DNA of 64,000 nucleotides from Escherichia coli (GTDB lineage Bacteria; Pseudomonadota; Gammaproteobacteria; Enterobacterales; Enterobacteriaceae): NCBI RefSeq assembly GCF_013122565.1, contig NZ_CP053258.1; one strand, 5' to 3'. Shown piece by piece: positions 57,375 to 64,000 of this stretch (position 1 is its first letter; each line of letters starts with the position of its first letter). The notes under the pieces were generated by a model. It saw only the letters and a program-made list of their open reading frames with translations, ran no database searches and was not told where the DNA came from. The position numbers and the translations under genes were made by a program.

Positions 57375-58029
57375 GCGCACCTCCCCAGATGGCATCAATT
57401 TGTGCATGGAAATCGCCAGCCACCTGCACCGGATTTGCTGCGCCTGCCAGTGCTCGCCCGGCAATAAACGCTTTCACGCGAATATCTTTAAACAGCGGCA
57501 GGTCAGCAGGGGTAATCCCGCCGGTAATGGAAAGCTCAAGGCCGATATCGGAAAGCGCCTTCATGCGTGCCAGATCGGCCTCGCCCCACTGTTGCCCGCT
57601 GGCCTGTGCATCACGACCGCGATGATAAATGGCCTGCCGCACGCCAATACGATGCCAGTCGCGGGCGTCGTCCAGCGTCCAGTTACCGAACAGCTCTATC
57701 TGAATTTCACCCCCGCAGCGTTGCGCCATTGCGTGGCCTTTTTCTACCGTCGCGAGCGGCGCGGCGCAGATGATGGTCATCCAGTTAGCGCCTGCGCCAA
57801 ACGCCTGTTGCGCGAGCGTTTCACCAGCGTCGGCGACCTTCCAGTCAGCAACGATGATTTTGTCCGGGCACTGTTCGCGCAAGGCTTTCACCGCGCCAAG
57901 CCCTTCGTTTAAACAGAGAATGGTGCCCGCTTCGACGATATCGACGCTGTCTTTTAACAGCGTCACGTCGCGCTGTGCGTCTTCAAGTGATGAGTGGTCG
58001 AGGGCCAGTTGCAGAAGTGGTCGGCTCAT
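57367..58029 (-). CDS. sgbH: 3-keto-L-gulonate-6-phosphate decarboxylase
   Basis: 220 aa ORF recognised as SgbH. Confidence 0.9.
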
Positions 58030-59522
58030 AATGTGTGCTCCTTGATGCGGGCGTGATAACCCTGAAGTGCGGCAATGAAATGCTGATAGCGTTGGTATTT
58101 TTGTTGGTAAAGCTGATGGGCGGTCATATCCGGCAGCAGGGTGCGTACCGGGTGCTGTAAATCACGTTGGGCTTCGCTGAAATCGCGATAAACTCCGGTG
58201 CCGACGCGGGCGGCAAGTGCTGCACCAAAGCAGCCGGTTTCTTCCACCTGCGGCAGCTCGATACGCAGACCGCTGACGTCCGCCAGCATTTGCATCCAGA
58301 CATCGGAATGCGCCGGGCCGCCAGTGACGCGCAGGGTGTGCACATCAGTAAAACGTTCGCGCATCCGGTTGAGATGGGTCATATGGCTGAACACCACGCC
58401 TTCATAAATGGCCTGCAACAGGTGTGCGCGGGTGTGAATGGCCTGCATCCCGTAGAAACCGCTGGTCATCTCGAGTCCGGCGTTGCTGCCGTACAGGAAC
58501 GGCAGGAAAAAGAGGTCGCCCCCGGCCTTCGGCAAGCTGGCTACGGCCTGGTTAATCTCATCAAACGAGATTTCTCCCCACTGTGCGGTAAACCATTCGA
58601 GGTTGCCGGAAGAGGTGGGGCTGGCTTCGTGAACGATAAATTGACCATCGTTAACGTAGCGACCATAGACATACGGATGCGCTTCACCGTCACGTAAACC
58701 GCGGGTTATGCCGCTGGTCACCGCCCAGGTGCCCATCACCGCATTAAGGGTAAATTCGTCTTCGATCCCGGCACAGAGTGCGGTGGAAACCACATCAAAC
58801 AGGCCGCCGACAACGGGCGTACCCGCTTTCAGACCGGTCAGTGCGGCTGTCTGAGCGGTGATTTCCCCGCAGATTTCGGCAGATCCCACAACCGGCGGCA
58901 GGGCGTGGTTGATTTCAGCGATCCCCAGCCAGTCGGTGAGACACGGGTCATATTTCCCGCGACTCATGTTGTAGAGATTGGACTCGGAAATATTGCTCTC
59001 TTCACAGCCTTTGACGCCAGTTAAACACCAGCGCAGGTAGTCGTGCGTCATCATCACGCAGCCAATTTGCGTGTAGCGTTCCGGTTCGTGCTCTTTCAGC
59101 CAGCGTAACAGCGACACCGGATGCCCGGTCCACAAGGTTTGTCGGGTCAGCGGGTAGAGTTTTTCCGGGATGCCATCTTCCTGCCAGCGGCGAACGATTT
59201 CCATCGCCCGGCGATCCGAGGACAAAATGGCGTTACCGAGCGGCTTGTTGTTTTTATCCAGCAAAAACAAGCCTTTTCCTTGTGCGGAGATACCGATACC
59301 CACTATTTGCTCCCCGCTAACGCCGGAATGGGTAAGCAGGGCGCGAATGACAGCCATGCAGCATTGCCACAGTTCTGCCATATCGCGCTCTGCCCAGCCT
59401 GGCTGCGGGCTTAATGCGCACAGCGGCAGGCGCTGCACGCCTGCCTCCCGGCCTTCGCGGTCATACAGCCCGGCTTTCAGCCAGCTACCGCCACAATCTA
59501 ACCCCAGCCAGTATTGCGTCAT
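58026..59522 (-). CDS. lyxK: L-xylulose/3-keto-L-gulonate kinase
   Basis: 498 aa FGGY-family kinase ORF. Confidence 0.9.
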   Translation of the reverse strand: MTQYWLGLDCGGSWLKAGLYDREGREAGVQRLPLCALSPQPGWAERDMAELWQCCMAVIRALLTHSGVSGEQIVGIGISAQGKGLFLLDKNNKPLGNAILSSDRRAMEIVRRWQEDGIPEKLYPLTRQTLWTGHPVSLLRWLKEHEPERYTQIGCVMMTHDYLRWCLTGVKGCEESNISESNLYNMSRGKYDPCLTDWLGIAEINHALPPVVGSAEICGEITAQTAALTGLKAGTPVVGGLFDVVSTALCAGIEDEFTLNAVMGTWAVTSGITRGLRDGEAHPYVYGRYVNDGQFIVHEASPTSSGNLEWFTAQWGEISFDEINQAVASLPKAGGDLFFLPFLYGSNAGLEMTSGFYGMQAIHTRAHLLQAIYEGVVFSHMTHLNRMRERFTDVHTLRVTGGPAHSDVWMQMLADVSGLRIELPQVEETGCFGAALAARVGTGVYRDFSEAQRDLQHPVRTLLPDMTAHQLYQQKYQRYQHFIAALQGYHARIKEHTL

Positions 59523-59525
59523 GGT

Positions 59526-60512
59526 TTATTGCACCTCATCCACGGCTTTCAGCAGATCAGCGCCCTGCGGCACATCTTTAACAAACATGTCGCGAACCTG
59601 ATTCCCCAGCGCGTCGCTAAAGGCTTTGCGGTCGAGATCGGTGATGACTTCCACGCCCGCTTCTTTCATGCCGTCGATGATTTTTTGCTGATCTTCGGCA
59701 ACCAGTTTGCGCTGGTAGTTACCCGCTTCCTGCGCAGATGAAATTAGCGCTTGCTGGAACTCCGGGCTTAAGCCATCAAACTTCGCTTTGTTGATCACCA
59801 CCAGAAGTGGCGAATAGGCGTGGTGCGTCAGAGAAAGGTACTTCTGTACTTCGAAAAATTTTGCTGACCAGACGACGTTGATCGGGTGTTCCTGAGCGTC
59901 GATAGTGCGCGTTTCCAGCCCGGTATAGACTTCGGCAAACGGCATCGGGATTGGGTTAGCGCCAAAGACTTTGAATGCTGCGATATTCATCGGACTATTG
60001 TTGGTGCGGATTTTCAGCCCTTTCAGGTCGGCGGGGGTTTTAACCGGTGCGCGCGAGTTGGTGACATCGCGCCAGCCGTTTTCCCAGTAGGCCAGTACTT
60101 TTAGTCCTTTACCTTCAAGTGAGGCTTTCAGATCATCACCGACTTTGCCGTCGAGCGTTTTATGCGCGTGAGCGGTATCGCGGAACAGGAAAGGGACATC
60201 AAGCAAGTTCATCACTGGTGATAACCCGGCAAAGTTATTCGAGCCGGACATTTCCATATCGATGGTGCCGCCACGTACGCCGCTGATCATCGCCTGCGCG
60301 TTACCGAGAGTGCTGTCCGGGAACAGTTTTAATTTCAGCTCGCCTTTGGTTCTCTCCTGCAATAAATCATTGAATTTTTTCGCCGCAATATGTTGCGAGT
60401 CGGTTTGTGAGGTTTCATAACCGAAACGTAAAGATTGCGCCGCCAGTGAAGGTGTACTGAATGCAGCCAGGCCAGCAATGAATAATGCGTAGGTTACAGA
60501 GCGTAATTTCAT
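59526..60512 (-). CDS. yiaO: TRAP transporter periplasmic solute-binding protein
   Basis: 328 aa ORF with signal peptide, DctP family. Confidence 0.9.
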   Translation of the reverse strand: MKLRSVTYALFIAGLAAFSTPSLAAQSLRFGYETSQTDSQHIAAKKFNDLLQERTKGELKLKLFPDSTLGNAQAMISGVRGGTIDMEMSGSNNFAGLSPVMNLLDVPFLFRDTAHAHKTLDGKVGDDLKASLEGKGLKVLAYWENGWRDVTNSRAPVKTPADLKGLKIRTNNSPMNIAAFKVFGANPIPMPFAEVYTGLETRTIDAQEHPINVVWSAKFFEVQKYLSLTHHAYSPLLVVINKAKFDGLSPEFQQALISSAQEAGNYQRKLVAEDQQKIIDGMKEAGVEVITDLDRKAFSDALGNQVRDMFVKDVPQGADLLKAVDEVQ

Positions 60513-60524
60513 AATATTTTCCTT

Positions 60525-61802
60525 TTAATTAATCCATTTCAAAGGGAGGATGATGAGATCGGGAATAAAAATAAATACGACTAATAATGAATATAAAACC
60601 AGGACGTAAGGGAAAACGCCTCTGACTGCATCATCGAATTTGAGTTTTGCCACCCCTGAAATAACGTTAAGCACATTACCGATAGGCGGTGTAATTAAGC
60701 CGATTGAGCAGTTAATGATAAACATGACACCGAAATAAATCGGATCGATTCCTGCCTCTTTAACTAAAGGCATTAATACCGGGGTAAGAATTAATACCGT
60801 CGGCGTTAAATCCATGACCATGCCGACAATCAGGATAGCCACCATAATGACGATAAACAGCAGACGCGGTGAATCGACTAGCGGTTGCAGTAAATCAGAA
60901 ACCATCATCGGCAGTTCAGCAATGGTGATCAGCCAGGCGGAAACTTGTGCCGAGGCCACCAGAAACATCACCACTGAGGTCGTTTTCGCTGCGCCAATGA
61001 GCACATGCCAAAGTGTGGCGAAGGTCATTTCACGGTAAATAACTGTGGCGACAAACAACGCATAGAAAGCAGCAACGGCCCCGGCTTCGGTAGGGGTAAA
61101 CAGACCGGAGCGAAAACCCCCAATAATGATGACCGGAAGAAACAGCGCCCAGATACCGGAGACAAAAGAGTGCCAGATTTCCTGCATCGTCGCTTTTTGC
61201 TGGCGGGGTAAGTTAAGACGACTGGCCTGCCACCACCAGGTAAGCATCAGCGTTGCGCCCATCATCATGCCAGGGGCAATGCCCGCCATAAACAGCTTAC
61301 TGATGGATAATCCGCTGGAAACGCCGAAGATAATAAACGGAATGGAAGGGGGAATAATTGGCGCGATAATGCCGCCAGAGGCAATCAGCCCCGCAGCCCG
61401 GTTGACCGGGTAGTTGGCGCTGCGCATCATCGGCACCAGTAGTGCGGCAACGGCGGCGGTATCCGCAACGGCAGAACCAGAAAGGCTCGCCATAATCATA
61501 GCCGCCAGCACGCCGACGTAGCCCAGCCCGCCTGGTTTATGCCCCACCAGTTTCATCGGCAGGTCAACAATGCGTTTTGACAAGCCGCCCGCATTCATGA
61601 TTTCACCCGCCAGCACAAAGAACGGAATCGCCAGCAGGGAGAAACTGTCGGCTCCGTTCACCAGCGTTTGTGCCATGATCTGGACATCAAACATCTCCAG
61701 CCAGAACATCAACGCTGCGCCGCATAACAAAAGTGCCCAGGCAATAGGCAAACCGATAGCAATGCCACCTAACAGGCAGCCCAGAAAAATCAGCACAGCC
61801 AT
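60525..61802 (-). CDS. yiaN: TRAP transporter large permease
   Basis: 425 aa polytopic ORF, DctM family. Confidence 0.9.
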   Translation of the reverse strand: MAVLIFLGCLLGGIAIGLPIAWALLLCGAALMFWLEMFDVQIMAQTLVNGADSFSLLAIPFFVLAGEIMNAGGLSKRIVDLPMKLVGHKPGGLGYVGVLAAMIMASLSGSAVADTAAVAALLVPMMRSANYPVNRAAGLIASGGIIAPIIPPSIPFIIFGVSSGLSISKLFMAGIAPGMMMGATLMLTWWWQASRLNLPRQQKATMQEIWHSFVSGIWALFLPVIIIGGFRSGLFTPTEAGAVAAFYALFVATVIYREMTFATLWHVLIGAAKTTSVVMFLVASAQVSAWLITIAELPMMVSDLLQPLVDSPRLLFIVIMVAILIVGMVMDLTPTVLILTPVLMPLVKEAGIDPIYFGVMFIINCSIGLITPPIGNVLNVISGVAKLKFDDAVRGVFPYVLVLYSLLVVFIFIPDLIILPLKWIN

Positions 61803-61804
61803 GA

Positions 61805-62278
61805 TTAAGCTCCTTGCGGTGGCGGCGTTAGAGAATTGCTACGCGTGATGAGTTGATATAAATGACGCAGTTCAAAGAATGCGATAACGAGGCTGGTGGG
61901 CAGACAAGCGGCATACATCAGGCCGATGGGCAAACCGAGGATCGGTGAATAATCGCTCCAGTCCTGAATTGTTTTTAGCGTTGCGCCCCAGGCCAGTGCG
62001 CCACAAATAAATAAGATTAAGGAATGGGTAACCAGAGCGACTCGTCGCTGCCATGCGGGGGAGAGTTTCTCCACCAGAAAGGTGACCTGAACGTGGGCGT
62101 TATCCATAAAAGCCACAATCGCGCCAATAAATGTTAACCAGACAAATAAATAACGCGACAATTCATCTACAGATAAAATACTTGTTTGAAAACCATATCT
62201 TAAAATAATGTTTATAAACACAATACAGGAAAGTACGGCGAGATTAATCGCCAGTATTGCTTCAAGTATTTTTTTCAT
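61805..62278 (-). CDS. yiaM: TRAP transporter small permease
   Basis: 157 aa ORF, DctQ family. Confidence 0.9.
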   Translation of the reverse strand: MKKILEAILAINLAVLSCIVFINIILRYGFQTSILSVDELSRYLFVWLTFIGAIVAFMDNAHVQVTFLVEKLSPAWQRRVALVTHSLILFICGALAWGATLKTIQDWSDYSPILGLPIGLMYAACLPTSLVIAFFELRHLYQLITRSNSLTPPPQGA

Positions 62279-62395
62279 AGCTATTCCTTGAGGCTATGTT
62301 TGTCATAATTCAAGTTGCATGTGCAGCAACCTGAATTATTAATATGGTTAGAGTAATAACATTACCCTGGCGTTCTGGCGTAGACGATTATTTGA

Positions 62396-62866
<471 letters not shown>

Positions 62867-62874
62867 TTATCTCC

Positions 62875-63873
62875 TTATAACGCCTGGATTTTGGCCCACA
62901 CGCTGTCATCAACGGTAATACCGTTACGGCGGTTTTCGGCCAGCAGGGTAGTAAATTCGTGGCCGGGTAAGCGGATGGCCTGGTTTTCGTCAGCGCGTTC
63001 AGCGGTAGTAACGTAATCCATGATACGTTGCAGCTTGGCATCGCGGGTGGGACCGTCGATAAGCTTATCTACTTCAATGGCAATAAAAATTTGTGAAATG
63101 CCGTATTCGTCGCTGTTGTCCTGGGTGACTTCGGCAACCGATGCGCCGTCGGAAAGGAGAGTAGCGATCATATCCAGCACAATCGACATGCCAGAACCTT
63201 TCCAGTAGCCCATCGGCAAAATGCGGCGATTCTTCTCGATAACGCCAGGTTCTTTGGTCAAATTGCCCTCATCATCAAAGCCACCATCGACCGGGAGCTG
63301 ACGACCTGCCAGACGGTTAACTTCTAACATGCCGTAAGAGAACATCGACATCGACATATCGACCATGGTGATCGGCGTGGAAGGAATGGCGACGATCAGC
63401 GGGTTAGTGCCGATGCGACACTCTTTTGCGCCCCACGGCGGCATTACGGCGATGGAGTTGGTCCAGCAAATGCCAATATAGCCTTTTTCCGCCGCCTGCC
63501 AGCCGTAGCTGCCGCCGCGCATCCAGTGGTTGGCATTACGAAGTGCCACCAGACCAATACCGTGATCGGCAGCCAGTTCAATGGCGCGATCCATCATCTT
63601 TTTCGCCGTCAGGTTGCCGATCGAACGCTGGGCATCCCACTGTTCAATTGCGCCGAGGCTGGTTATACGTTTGGGTTGGGCATCAGGAATGATATCGCCG
63701 TTTTCCAGTTGTTGAATGAAACGAGGGAAACGATTAACGCCGTGAGAATAAACGCCGGATTCGGTGGTGCGGGCGAACATCTCTGCACAGGCGTCAGCCG
63801 TTTCGCTGTCAACGCCGCGTGAAATTAAGACCCGATTAAAGGCTGCTTTTAACTGCTCAAATGTCACTTTCAT
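62875..63873 (-). CDS. yiaK: 2,3-diketo-L-gulonate reductase
   Basis: 332 aa ORF recognised as YiaK; first gene of the yiaK-sgbE operon. Confidence 0.9.
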   Translation of the reverse strand: MKVTFEQLKAAFNRVLISRGVDSETADACAEMFARTTESGVYSHGVNRFPRFIQQLENGDIIPDAQPKRITSLGAIEQWDAQRSIGNLTAKKMMDRAIELAADHGIGLVALRNANHWMRGGSYGWQAAEKGYIGICWTNSIAVMPPWGAKECRIGTNPLIVAIPSTPITMVDMSMSMFSYGMLEVNRLAGRQLPVDGGFDDEGNLTKEPGVIEKNRRILPMGYWKGSGMSIVLDMIATLLSDGASVAEVTQDNSDEYGISQIFIAIEVDKLIDGPTRDAKLQRIMDYVTTAERADENQAIRLPGHEFTTLLAENRRNGITVDDSVWAKIQAL

Positions 63874-64000
63874 CCCAGGCTTCCTTGTTTTTTTGATCGC
63901 TTTTTTGGCTTAAAATTTCAATATGCGAAACTTGATTTCAAATATATCGATCACTTTTTAACAAAGCAATCTGATTGATGAATTTCAAAAGACATAAAAA

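Overview
This 64 kb window reads as an Escherichia coli chromosomal segment (K-12 map ~80-82 min, here in inverted orientation relative to the K-12 reference), syntenic from the LPS core locus to the yiaK-sgbE operon. Gene identities come from reading the translated ORFs against remembered E. coli proteins; no database search was run, and coordinates I derived by eye from the sequence lines may be off by 1-2 bp. Gene order: waaQ(partial)-G-P-[GT8]-B-O-J-Y-Z-U (+), waaL-waaC-waaF-hldD (-), kbl-tdh (+), waaH (+), yibQ-envC-gpmI (-), yibN-grxC-secB-gpsA-cysE (+), trmL (-), lldD-lldR-lldP (-), a trimeric autotransporter adhesin with an upstream SadB-like lipoprotein (-), yibL, yibT, mtlR-mtlD-mtlA (-), yibI-yibH, yibF, selA-selB (+), a deleted yiaY remnant, aldB, yiaW-yiaV, yiaU, yiaT, a three-gene glycoside-utilisation module (GH127 hydrolase, GPH symporter, AraC regulator), then sgbE-sgbU-sgbH-lyxK-yiaO-N-M-L-K (-). 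The LPS core gene set and lengths look K-12-type (WaaU-like GT9 last gene, WaaL 419 aa). Relative to my memory of K-12 MG1655 the window differs by: the adhesin island between lldP and yibL, the GH127 island between yiaT and sgbE, no htrL between hldD and kbl, no rhsA element between yibF and yibH, and an internal deletion of yiaY. I found no CRISPR array, prophage, integrase, tRNA or rRNA. The items most worth a second look are a ~95 bp palindrome between lldD and trmL whose core resembles two abutting inverted transposon inside ends, the GH127-GPH-AraC module, and the adhesin island with its repeat-length polymorphism. I did not find a clearly novel multi-gene system.
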